Shown: positions 8,612 through 18,009 of the stretch, piece by piece
How the letters are laid out: every line of letters starts with the position of its first letter
How positions within the stretch are numbered: the first letter of the stretch is position 1
DNA from: a virus
IMG/VR virus record: IMGVR_UViG_3300008448_000014
Span: 49,910-113,909 of that record
Length of the DNA stretch: 64,000 nt
Reading direction: 5' to 3' (one strand)
Translations under genes and position numbers: made by a program
The notes under the pieces: model-generated
The model's database searches: none
What the model saw: the letters and a program-made list of their open reading frames with translations, nothing else
Told to the model about the DNA's origin: nothing

Positions 8612-9127
8612 TTACATTGCAATAAGGTCTTCCAAATTAATGGCAACACTTTCAAGTTTCTTGTTAAGCATTTCTTCTGTAATACTAACACGAGTTTTTG
8701 ACATATCTTGTCCACCTTGGTTAGAGATTGTGTAAATAACAAGAGGTTTCATTTCTCCTGTTTCTTCGTCTGCTACCATAATTGGCTTACCAAAGTTAGG
8801 AGATGTTTCATCTCTGTCTACTTGTGGTAATTCAAGAATTGGTAACAAAGCAAGATTAGCAAGTTTTTTTTGTAGTTCATTTTCTGATTTAGAAGAACGT
8901 AAATCAGCACTTAATGGGTCAGAACAATTAACGTAAACACGTTGTCCTTTTGCATTATAGATTGCAATAGTAACACGATTAAGTTTACCTGTCTTTTCAT
9001 TAAGCACTCCTTTGAAGTTCTTCTTGCTTGATAGTTCGTGGTAACCACCTATTCCTGCATACTCTGCAACTGTACCAATAGTTTTTAATGTGCTCTCTTG
9101 TTGAGCAACGTCTTTAAATTGTAACAT
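8612..9127 (-). CDS. First gene of the minus-strand arm; unknown function, probably highly expressed
   Basis: 171-aa ORF; uses CGT/TAC/AAC codons as the capsid gene does. Confidence 0.75.
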   Translation of the reverse strand: MLQFKDVAQQESTLKTIGTVAEYAGIGGYHELSSKKNFKGVLNEKTGKLNRVTIAIYNAKGQRVYVNCSDPLSADLRSSKSENELQKKLANLALLPILELPQVDRDETSPNFGKPIMVADEETGEMKPLVIYTISNQGGQDMSKTRVSITEEMLNKKLESVAINLEDLIAM

Positions 9128-9408
9128 AATTTCTAATTTTTAAATTGTTTTTATAATAGAGATAATACTCACGTTGTTAAAAGGGTTTTGGGATGGAGTT
9201 TGTTTTATTTCACAAAATAGCATTCCAACCATAAGATTTGCACAAGTGATGTGCAATGTGTGGGGAGTACCCCAACTACTCAAATTGTATGGGGGGTCTT
9301 GATATGGAGTAACCCACCTTCTCACACATATGATGGCCTTCAAAATTTTGGGAAAAAAATTTTTTTGCATTTTGAAAAAACACATGGCAAAAAATATTCC
9401 TTTAAAAG

Positions 9409-9441
9409 TTTGGGAGAGATATAATTTTATATCTATATTTG
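9409..9441 (+). promoter_or_regulatory. Bacteroidota housekeeping-sigma promoter
   Basis: TTTG (9409-12), 21-nt spacer, TATATTTG (9434-41): exact match to the -33/-7 consensus, 27 nt before the ATG at 9469. Confidence 0.8.
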
Positions 9442-9468
9442 TGAGAATTATTTAAAACCAATTATATA

Positions 9469-9834
9469 ATGTTAGTACAAAAACTAAAAAAGGATGTAGT
9501 GGATGAGTTTCAACTTGCTGAAAAGTATTATGGAATCTTGTCTATTATAAACTCTCTTCAATTAACAGAAAGAGAAATACAGCTTATTGCTTTTACAGCT
9601 ATAAGAGGTAATATATCTAATATGAATTATAGAGAAGAGTTTTGTAAAAGGTATAATACAACAAGTCCTACAATTAATAATATTGTTAGTAAGCTTAAAA
9701 GGATTGGTGTGTTTGTTAAAACAGAGGATAAAGATTCTTCCTACCCAAAGAAGATTAGAGTTAATCCCTCTATTGCTTTAGATTTTAAAAAGGATTTAAT
9801 GTTAGCTATAAGTTTAAAACATGTTATCAGTTAG
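9469..9834 (+). CDS. Winged-helix DNA-binding protein, RepL-like
   Basis: HTH-like TTSPTINNIVSKLKRIGVF followed by RVNP; position matches the RepL-like gene of crAss-like phages. Confidence 0.55.
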   Translation: MLVQKLKKDVVDEFQLAEKYYGILSIINSLQLTEREIQLIAFTAIRGNISNMNYREEFCKRYNTTSPTINNIVSKLKRIGVFVKTEDKDSSYPKKIRVNPSIALDFKKDLMLAISLKHVIS

Positions 9835-10168
9835 AGAAACAATTATAAAACAATTAGCTATTAATAAAATAGCAGATAAATTAATTTCTGAGAAGATTAT
9901 TGATAAGGTTATTTCTCATCAATTTGATTCAGCTCTTAAAGCTACAGTAAAACATAATTCTGTTGAGATTTCTGGGTTTGGAAAGTTTTCTTTTAATCAG
10001 AAAAAAGCAATTAAACAAATGACAAAGTATAATGAGCAAATAGTTTATTATACAGAAAAATTAAATAGTAGTGATTCTGATGCAGAGAAAAGAAATTTAA
10101 GTATGAGAATTAATACAACTTTGCAAAATATAGAAGTGTTAAAATTAAAAATTAAATCTGATGAGTAA
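9821..10168 (+). CDS. HU/IHF-like DNA-binding protein
   Basis: SVEISGFGKFS signature. Confidence 0.6.
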   Translation: MLSVRETIIKQLAINKIADKLISEKIIDKVISHQFDSALKATVKHNSVEISGFGKFSFNQKKAIKQMTKYNEQIVYYTEKLNSSDSDAEKRNLSMRINTTLQNIEVLKLKIKSDE

Positions 10169-10406
10169 ATTAGGAGAGATTGCTGAAGGATGGAAAAACA
10201 ACTTGACACCAGAAAGTATGTTAGATCCACACATTGTAGAGGTGTCTAAAAAAAGAATGTCTATATGTCAAAACTGTGAACACATTTCTACAAAGCATAA
10301 GGGATTAAGACCAGATGTACATTGTGTAGAATGTGGTTGTACATTGTCTGCGAAGACAAAATGTTTGTCTTGTGAATGCCCTAAAGAAAAATGGTTAGCT
10401 GAATAA
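10161..10406 (+). CDS. Cys-rich zinc-finger protein (DUF6171-like)
   Basis: RxxICxxC...CxxCGC...K...CP..KW pattern. Confidence 0.65.
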   Translation: MSKLGEIAEGWKNNLTPESMLDPHIVEVSKKRMSICQNCEHISTKHKGLRPDVHCVECGCTLSAKTKCLSCECPKEKWLAE

Positions 10407-10414
10407 TTATAAAT

Positions 10415-10642
10415 ATGGAAAAGAATAGAATAATATTGAGAAAGATTCCTATAGAGATGGTGATAGAATTATTAGATTCTTTGTATGAAGCAGGTTATGA
10501 TTATTTTGATATAAAAGGTAGTGCAGGAGAAGAACAGGATATTATTCAGATTTTTATAAAGCCTGAATATTTTTCTGAAGAAATAGAAGAAGAAGATGTC
10601 CCTAGAAAGCTTTCTGATGAAGATTTAAATCAATTGATATGA
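10415..10642 (+). CDS. Hypothetical protein
   Basis: ORF track; ATGA coupling. Confidence 0.7.
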   Translation: MEKNRIILRKIPIEMVIELLDSLYEAGYDYFDIKGSAGEEQDIIQIFIKPEYFSEEIEEEDVPRKLSDEDLNQLI

Positions 10643-10893
10643 AAAGTTATTATAATAGAAGCCTGATTGTACTAGAAAGAATAAAAAAGTTTATTCCTAA
10701 CATCACTTTAGGAAAACATTTTGCTACAGCCTTAGAAGACTGTAACATAGAAAATATTTCAGATAAAGATTTATTTATTAAATTAAATGACTATCTTAGC
10801 ACGCTAGAAAGTGATGTCCCTCATTGCCAAGATCTTGAACAGATTATAAAGGAAGGCCTTGATTTAAATCACATTTTAGATAGTGAAGAATAG
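10639..10893 (+). CDS. Hypothetical protein
   Basis: ORF track. Confidence 0.7.
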   Translation: MKSYYNRSLIVLERIKKFIPNITLGKHFATALEDCNIENISDKDLFIKLNDYLSTLESDVPHCQDLEQIIKEGLDLNHILDSEE

Positions 10894-10914
10894 AAATATA
10901 TAATAAACTACATA

Positions 10915-11301
10915 ATGGAAAACCAAGATTTAAGGTGGAATGAAATAACAAATTCATTTTATACATGGAATCAAATGACTTTTACAAAAGAAGATATAAC
11001 AATTCCTTATTTTTGTAATGGTGAAAGATTTGGAACATTTAGAAGAGCACATTTAAATGGTATGCAAGAATTTCTTTGTTCTGATGGTGAAGATGTTTAT
11101 CATTCACAAGAGGAAAGAAGAAGAGAAAGATTTAGAAAGCAGGAATTAGCATTTAAAAATAGACTTGCTGCAGACTCTGAAGAACAACTTAGATACAATG
11201 CTGTAGTAGATAGCATTGTTAATTATAAAGACCATAAGGAATATAAATATAAAACTAGTTTTAAATATAGAATGTTAAAGTTTTTTAAATTAGCTAAATA
11301 A
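10915..11301 (+). CDS. Hypothetical protein
   Basis: ORF track; TAATG coupling. Confidence 0.65.
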   Translation: MENQDLRWNEITNSFYTWNQMTFTKEDITIPYFCNGERFGTFRRAHLNGMQEFLCSDGEDVYHSQEERRRERFRKQELAFKNRLAADSEEQLRYNAVVDSIVNYKDHKEYKYKTSFKYRMLKFFKLAK

Positions 11302-11672
11302 TGGAAAATACACATGAGTTTAAAACTGTACATGATCCTTTATTTTGTGAAGAAGGAGATATTCCTTTTGATGTACATTTAGTAAATAAAGATGGTAGTA
11401 AATTTGTAACTATTCAAGAAGAATTTCATAATCCTAAAGATGTACCAGCTTGTAATCCAGAAAATACTTGTGAAGTGATACAAGACTTTTTAAAAGAAGG
11501 TGAAGATGATAAATTCTATACATTTCGAGCAATGCAACAAAGTTATTACGAAGAAATATATCAATGTCAAAATAGAATAGAGTCTTATAAAAAGAAAATC
11601 AAAGCGGAGATTCAAGATATAATAGCTTACAAACAAAAATTGGATGAAGCATTTAACCAATATTTAGAATAA
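11301..11672 (+). CDS. Hypothetical protein with C-terminal coiled coil
   Basis: ORF track; TAATG coupling. Confidence 0.65.
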   Translation: MENTHEFKTVHDPLFCEEGDIPFDVHLVNKDGSKFVTIQEEFHNPKDVPACNPENTCEVIQDFLKEGEDDKFYTFRAMQQSYYEEIYQCQNRIESYKKKIKAEIQDIIAYKQKLDEAFNQYLE

Positions 11673-12004
11673 TGGCAGTAAAGAAGAATACATATGTATC
11701 AGCTGAGTTAGATTGGGCAGAACAACAGCTTTCTTCTTGGAAAGAATATGTTGATGCTAATCCTTTACATTTGTTAAAAGATAGGATAGAGTGGAAACCT
11801 ACAGCTAAGGGAGGAATGCTTCCAATGGTTATAGCTTCTATTGAAAGTCAAGGTAAATTTGTACAAGAGACAATGAAGAACTATTTAGCTCTTCTTGAAC
11901 AAGTTGATAAGCTACGTGAAAAAGAAGAAGCTAAAACAGTACCTGTAAGAGGAGATGTACAACTTGGAAGTATGGCTGAAGATTTCTTAAAAAGAAGAAC
12001 ATAA
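11672..12004 (+). CDS. Probable terminase small subunit
   Basis: Small helical protein coupled (TAATG) to the large terminase; positional inference. Confidence 0.5.
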   Translation: MAVKKNTYVSAELDWAEQQLSSWKEYVDANPLHLLKDRIEWKPTAKGGMLPMVIASIESQGKFVQETMKNYLALLEQVDKLREKEEAKTVPVRGDVQLGSMAEDFLKRRT

Positions 12005-14025
12005 TGAAATTACATAATATAGAATATAAAGATTGGTTTATTAATCAAGCAAGGATTCCTGATGAAACATCAGATGAATACAAAGCATTCTTTAATTTTC
12101 ATAAAGAACTATGTATGAATGGTGCTATGATGGATGGACAATATATTAATCCATTTCTATATTGGCATTTAAACATATGGCATACAGAGGTGGATGTTAT
12201 AGATGAATATGGACGTATTAATCAGAAATATGCCAACCCATTATTAAGAGATAATGAATGGCTTGTTACAAACGAAATAGATAGAGCACATAAAGAAAAG
12301 AAAGGCCTAGTTATACTAGGTATTAGACGTTTTGCTAAAAGTGTTATTGAAGCTTCATATATAGGACAAGGAGCTACGTTTGATGAAAACTCACAGAATA
12401 TTATTGCAGGACTGAATGCTCCTGATATTAAGCTGATTACAGATAAGATTGATAAGGGATTAAACTTCCTACCTAAAGCTTGGAGATGGCAAAGAGTTGA
12501 AGACAACTGGGCTAAACAAGTTACATTAGGGATTAAAACAAAAGCAGGAGAGAGAATACCTTTTTCTCAGATTCTTATAAGAAACTTAGATGGTGGTAAT
12601 AATGAAGAAGCTATTGCAGGATCAAAACCTAGAAGACTTATTATTGATGAGATAGGTAAAGGAAGCTTTCTTAGAGGACTTCAAGCTGCTATACCAGGGT
12701 TTACAACACCATTTGGTTGGGGATGTTCTCCAATTCTAACAGGTACAGGTGGAGATATGAAGATGTTTATGGATGCAAAAAGTTTAATGTTTGACGTTGA
12801 AAACTTTAACTTCCTAGAATATAACAATGCTAAAGATGATAAGAGAGTTCATGGACTTTTTATATCACATAAATATAGAATGGAAGCCAAAGAGGAAAGT
12901 TCTCTTGGTGCATTTTTAGATAAACCAGCAGGTTCTTCTTTACATCAAGTGAAGATGATGGTGAGTAATGAAGAGAAAGCTACAGAAATCACTAACTCTA
13001 ATTTAGAAAAACTTAAGAAAGCTGGTGATAGAATGGCCTATCTTAAGGAGAAGATGTACTACCCACAAGAAGTGGATGATATATTTTTAAATGAAGATAC
13101 TAATATATTTGATATAGAAGCAGCTAAACGTCAGAAAGCTAGACTACTATATAATGAAAAGGTGGGAACATCTGTTGTGTTATTTGATGATGGTAATGGT
13201 GTTAAACATGAAGTTTCACAAAAACTACCTATATCAAATTTTCCATTAAAGAATAGTGATTTAAAAGATGCTCCTGTAGTTATATATGAATTTCCATTGC
13301 CTGATCCTCCATTTGGATTATATGTTGCAGGGATTGACCCTTATAGACAAGGTAAATCTGCATATTCAAGCTCCTTAGGATCTGTGTATATATACAAACG
13401 TATGCATAGTATATCAGGAGAAGATTATCAAGATATGTTTGTAGCTAGTTATTGTGCTAGACCAGACAAAAAAGAAACATGGGAAGAACAGGCAAGATAT
13501 TTGATAAAGTATTATAATGCTAGAGCTCTCTGTGAAAATGATGAAATTTCTTTTATAGACTATATGATAGCTAAAGGAGATGCACATTATTTAGAAAAAC
13601 AACCAGATTGGTTAAAAGAAATAGTTCCAAATACTACTGTTAGGCGTGATTATGGAATACATAGATCTTCTGAGAAAATTAGAGACTTCTTACATGGAAG
13701 TTTAAAGAAGTATACAGAAGAAGTTATTAATAGAGAACTAGATGATAATGGTGATGTTAAATCTGAAACAAAAGGTATGTCTAAAATACTTGACCCTGTA
13801 CTTTTGGAGGAGATGATACAATATAATGAATCAGGAAACTTTGATAGGATTATTGCTGCAGAATTAGCAATAGCGTTAGCTATGAAAATGGATCCTATAT
13901 ATGGAAGAATAGAAGGAAAGAAAGATGTTAGACTAGAATCTATGTATTCTAAGAAAACAAAAAAGAAATTATTCTCTGAATCATCAGGGATGTTTAATAA
14001 TAACAAACGTAAATTGTTTACATAA
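12004..14025 (+). CDS. terL: Terminase large subunit
   Basis: Walker A-like RRFAKS, Walker B LIIDEIG, coupling motif TGTGG, RNase H-like VAGIDPY, C-terminal NFDR. Confidence 0.92.
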   Translation: MKLHNIEYKDWFINQARIPDETSDEYKAFFNFHKELCMNGAMMDGQYINPFLYWHLNIWHTEVDVIDEYGRINQKYANPLLRDNEWLVTNEIDRAHKEKKGLVILGIRRFAKSVIEASYIGQGATFDENSQNIIAGLNAPDIKLITDKIDKGLNFLPKAWRWQRVEDNWAKQVTLGIKTKAGERIPFSQILIRNLDGGNNEEAIAGSKPRRLIIDEIGKGSFLRGLQAAIPGFTTPFGWGCSPILTGTGGDMKMFMDAKSLMFDVENFNFLEYNNAKDDKRVHGLFISHKYRMEAKEESSLGAFLDKPAGSSLHQVKMMVSNEEKATEITNSNLEKLKKAGDRMAYLKEKMYYPQEVDDIFLNEDTNIFDIEAAKRQKARLLYNEKVGTSVVLFDDGNGVKHEVSQKLPISNFPLKNSDLKDAPVVIYEFPLPDPPFGLYVAGIDPYRQGKSAYSSSLGSVYIYKRMHSISGEDYQDMFVASYCARPDKKETWEEQARYLIKYYNARALCENDEISFIDYMIAKGDAHYLEKQPDWLKEIVPNTTVRRDYGIHRSSEKIRDFLHGSLKKYTEEVINRELDDNGDVKSETKGMSKILDPVLLEEMIQYNESGNFDRIIAAELAIALAMKMDPIYGRIEGKKDVRLESMYSKKTKKKLFSESSGMFNNNKRKLFT

Positions 14026-16613
14026 TGGCAATAATTAGATATACAAAAGATGCAACTATAAGGTATGCATACTTAAACATTTTTCCTGATCAATTTAAGA
14101 CTGAAAAAGAAAAAAAAGATGAGAGTTGGATAAAAAATACAATGGACTATTTTGCCAACAAAGCTTATGCTGAATATGTCAAAAATAGAGACACATTTGT
14201 GAAGAACTATGACCTTGTAAAAGGTATATTACATCAAGAAGATTTTTATCAAGAACCTGATGTAAAAAGTTTTACAGATATATTAGAAGCAGATCTTGCA
14301 CTTCCAGCTTATGTAAAACACTATTCTATTGTTACCACTCCTATTAATGAACTTATTGGTGAGATTAGTAAACGTCCTGATACTTACAGAGTTAAAGCAT
14401 TTGATGATGATAGTCAAGCAGAAGAATTACAGTTTAAAACTGAAACTCTTCAAAATTATATTATGGCTCAAGCCAAACAAAAGATTATTGAAAAAATAAC
14501 TTTGTCTGGACAAGAGATGCCAGAAGAAGAAGAATTACAACAAATGACAATGGAGCAAGTAAAAGAACAATTAGATTCTTATACATCTATTGCAGAGAAA
14601 TGGGCTAACCATATTCTTACATGTCAAAAAGCTGAATTTAATCTTAAAGAAAAATCAGAAGATGCATTTAGAGACTTGTTAATTTCTGCGAGAGAATACT
14701 ATCATATATATGAAGATAATTCAAAACTTGGTTTTAATATTGAAGTGGCTAATCCAAAGAACACTTGGTTTTTGTCTACACCTGATAGAAAATACATATC
14801 AGATCCAACTGGTAGAGCTCAAGGAGCCTATGCTGCTGGTACTGTACAAGTTATGGAATTATCTGAGATTATTGAATCTATTCCAGATATTACTAAGGAA
14901 GAGATTGACCACTTAAGAAGTTCATTGCAAGACTATGGACTGATTAATGTACGTGAATCTAATCTTGGAAATCCTAATGCTCCAGAAGGTATAGACTCTG
15001 TAAATTATGATACATATGATCCATTAGTGTTACAAACAAGAATGATGATTGAGTCTGAGATGAAAGAGAACAATGATGGACTTAAAGATTTTTTAGGACT
15101 AACAAACAATGTTAGTAGCTTTGGGTATAAATATGTTGTTGTAAGAGCTTACTGGATAAGTAAAAAGAAAATTGGTAAGCTGATATATTTAGATGAATTA
15201 GGTAATGAGCAGTCTACACTTGTAGATGAAAATTACAAGTCTGGAACAATGCCTACACAACAATCATTAGAGTGGGGTTGGATTAACCAATGGTATCAAG
15301 GAACAAAGATTGGTCCAGATATATATCACATTAAACCTTTTAACTTATTAAACTACTGTCCTATTATAGGAACAGTTCATGAAGTTAAAAATACAGAAGC
15401 AAGAAGTCTTATAGATATTATGAAACCTTTCCAGGTTATATATAATGTTTGTATGAATCAATTATTTAAACTACTTGAAAAAGAAGTTGGTAAAGTACAA
15501 CTTATGTCATTAAGACATATTCCTATTCCTAAAGATGGAGATGCACAAGATGCTCTTGATATATGGGAAATGGAAGCACGTAACAGAGGAGTTGTATTTA
15601 TTGATGATTCTCCAGAGAATTTAAAATCTCCTAGTTCATTTAATCAATTTACATCTCTTGATCTTACAAGAACACAAGAAATACAATCAAGATATACATT
15701 AGCACAACAAATTAAAGCTGAGTGTTGGGAGTTAATAGGTATGTCAAAACAACGTATGGGCTCTGTAGCAGCATCAGAAAGTGCTACAGGTGTAAATACT
15801 GCTGTACAACAAAGTTATTCCCAAACAGAGCCTCTATTTGTGGCACATGAATATGTAATGGGACAATTGTATCAAGCTATTATAGATGCTGCTCAATATA
15901 TAGAAAGTGATAAACCACAAAGTACGCTATCATATATAACATCAGAAGGACTTTCTGCTTTTATACAAGTGAATGGTAATGATCTTAAGTTTAGAGATTT
16001 AAAAGTGTTTACAACTAATAGACCAGAAGACACTCAAATGTTTAATGAACTTAGACAGCTAGCTCAACCTTTAATGCAAAATGGTGGAAGCTTATATGAT
16101 GTTATTGAATTGTATGGTACTAAGTCTATGAGAGAAATGAAGAAAGTGTTCAAAGATCTTAGAGACCAACAACAAGCTCAACAAGAGCAAGCAATGCAAC
16201 AAAAACAACAACAACTTGATCAACAAAATGAACAAGCACAAGCTGCATTACAACAAGCTGCTCAAATGGCACAAGAACAACAAGCTAATGAAAATTATCA
16301 AAAAGAACTTGATAGACTTTCTAGAAAAGAAATTGCTATTATACAAGCTTCAGGATTTGGTAAAGTTGGTACAGAAGATGTTAATGAAAACTCAGTTCCA
16401 GATATAATGGAAATGAATAAGCTATCCCTAGATCAAGACAAAGCTGCTAAAGACTACCAAACTAAAATGGCAGATATATCTTCTAAGAACAAACAGTTTG
16501 ATACTAAAATGGCTATTGAACAAGAGAAGATAAAAGTAGCTAGAGAGAACATGCAAAATGATTTAGCAGTGGCTAAAGAAAATGCAAAAGGGCGAAATAA
16601 CAAAAAATTGTAA
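14025..16613 (+). CDS. Portal protein
   Basis: 862 aa directly after terL; crAss-type segments (INELIGE.SKRP, WINQW..G.KIG, ELIGMSKQRMG); Gln-rich C-terminal coiled coil. Confidence 0.88.
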   Translation: MAIIRYTKDATIRYAYLNIFPDQFKTEKEKKDESWIKNTMDYFANKAYAEYVKNRDTFVKNYDLVKGILHQEDFYQEPDVKSFTDILEADLALPAYVKHYSIVTTPINELIGEISKRPDTYRVKAFDDDSQAEELQFKTETLQNYIMAQAKQKIIEKITLSGQEMPEEEELQQMTMEQVKEQLDSYTSIAEKWANHILTCQKAEFNLKEKSEDAFRDLLISAREYYHIYEDNSKLGFNIEVANPKNTWFLSTPDRKYISDPTGRAQGAYAAGTVQVMELSEIIESIPDITKEEIDHLRSSLQDYGLINVRESNLGNPNAPEGIDSVNYDTYDPLVLQTRMMIESEMKENNDGLKDFLGLTNNVSSFGYKYVVVRAYWISKKKIGKLIYLDELGNEQSTLVDENYKSGTMPTQQSLEWGWINQWYQGTKIGPDIYHIKPFNLLNYCPIIGTVHEVKNTEARSLIDIMKPFQVIYNVCMNQLFKLLEKEVGKVQLMSLRHIPIPKDGDAQDALDIWEMEARNRGVVFIDDSPENLKSPSSFNQFTSLDLTRTQEIQSRYTLAQQIKAECWELIGMSKQRMGSVAASESATGVNTAVQQSYSQTEPLFVAHEYVMGQLYQAIIDAAQYIESDKPQSTLSYITSEGLSAFIQVNGNDLKFRDLKVFTTNRPEDTQMFNELRQLAQPLMQNGGSLYDVIELYGTKSMREMKKVFKDLRDQQQAQQEQAMQQKQQQLDQQNEQAQAALQQAAQMAQEQQANENYQKELDRLSRKEIAIIQASGFGKVGTEDVNENSVPDIMEMNKLSLDQDKAAKDYQTKMADISSKNKQFDTKMAIEQEKIKVARENMQNDLAVAKENAKGRNNKKL

Positions 16614-16683
16614 TAAAATTTAAAGGAAAAACTAAGTTAATGCTATATTATGTTAAAAATCTTTAGCTAAAGTGAAATTTTTC

Positions 16684-16714
16684 TTTGAAATTAGATATAT
16701 ACATTATATTTTTA
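16684..16714 (+). promoter_or_regulatory. Probable Bacteroidota-type promoter (variant -7)
   Basis: TTTG-N19-TATTTTTA upstream of 16752. Confidence 0.5.
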
Positions 16715-16751
16715 CACTAAATAAAACCAATTATTAAATACAAACTACATT

Positions 16752-17972
16752 ATGGCTGATAATACAGAATTGTCAATGGATAACTTTTCTATTCAAGACA
16801 CTATGGAAATGGGTATGGGTAATCAAGAATTGTTACAAGGTTTATTTGAACCTGAAACAGCATCTAGTAATCCTGAAGATGTTACACCTATTATTAAAGA
16901 GGCAGAACCTGCTAAACCAGATGCTGTTCCTGAAAAACCTAAAGGTAAAACAATTACTCCTACTAATGAGGATGATGATGAAAAAACAAAAGCTCAATCT
17001 GCTATATCAAATTTTTTAGGAAATGATGATGAAGAAGAAGATGATGATGTTTCTCCACCTACAACTCCTACAACAGATGAAGAAGAGGGTGCTCCAGAAG
17101 GAACACAGTTTTCTGCTTTAGCAAATGATCTTTATAAACTTGGAGTTTTTAGTAAAAATGATGAGGATGAAGAAGAGATTTCTACACCAGAACAATTTTT
17201 ACAAAAGTTTGAATCTGAAAAGAAAAAAGGTGCTACTGAAATAGTAGAAAATTTTATTGGACAATTTGGTGAAGATTACCAAAATGCATTTGAAGCTATA
17301 TTTGTAAAAGGGGCAGATCCTAAAGAATATTTTGGTGCTTACAATTCTATTGTAAATTTTGCTGAAATGGATTTAGCACAAGAGAGTAATCAAATTACAA
17401 TCATGAAACAAGCATTAGCTGATCAAGGTTTTGATGCTGATGATATTAATTCAGAAATTGAAAGATTACAAAACTATGGAGATCTTGAAACTGTTGCTAC
17501 TAAACACCATAAAGTATTAGTTAAAAAAGAAGCAACTAAGTTAGAACAAATTGAACGCAAAGCTGAACAAGCTTTACAATATAAGACACAAGTTAGAAAT
17601 CAGTATATATCTAATGTACAGTCTATATTACAAGACAAAATGAAAACTAAAGAGTTTGATGGTATTCCACTAAACCCTAAATTAGTAAATGAGTTACAAG
17701 ATTTTCTTTTAGTAGATAAATGGAAAACTCCTTCAGGAGAAACATTATCAGATTTTGATAGAACTATACTGGATCTTAAAAAACCAGAGAACCACGCTAT
17801 GAAAGTTAAAGTGGGACTTCTTCTTAAGATTTTAGAAAAAGATCCAACATTATCAACCATTCAAAAAACTGGTATAACAAAAGGTACAGATAAATTATTT
17901 GGTGAAGTTGTAAGACAAGTTACAAGAGAAAAACAAACAAACAAATCAAACCCTAGTTCTTGGTTTAAATAA
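16752..17972 (+). CDS. Acidic scaffold-like protein preceding the major capsid protein
   Basis: Acidic disordered N-half and helical C-half, located between portal and capsid genes. Confidence 0.65.
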   Translation: MADNTELSMDNFSIQDTMEMGMGNQELLQGLFEPETASSNPEDVTPIIKEAEPAKPDAVPEKPKGKTITPTNEDDDEKTKAQSAISNFLGNDDEEEDDDVSPPTTPTTDEEEGAPEGTQFSALANDLYKLGVFSKNDEDEEEISTPEQFLQKFESEKKKGATEIVENFIGQFGEDYQNAFEAIFVKGADPKEYFGAYNSIVNFAEMDLAQESNQITIMKQALADQGFDADDINSEIERLQNYGDLETVATKHHKVLVKKEATKLEQIERKAEQALQYKTQVRNQYISNVQSILQDKMKTKEFDGIPLNPKLVNELQDFLLVDKWKTPSGETLSDFDRTILDLKKPENHAMKVKVGLLLKILEKDPTLSTIQKTGITKGTDKLFGEVVRQVTREKQTNKSNPSSWFK

Positions 17973-18009
17973 ACATAAATACAATTATTAAACATAAAAA
18001 TTAAATAAC

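Noticed and set aside
9140-9385. 81-aa minus-strand ORF
   Set aside because: Runs through the hairpin/regulatory region and has atypical composition
12004-14025. Intein or intron in terL
   Set aside because: Length and motif spacing are normal; no intein splice-junction pattern seen
16160-16300. CAA-rich repeat-like DNA
   Set aside because: Encodes the Gln-rich coiled coil of the portal; not an independent repeat
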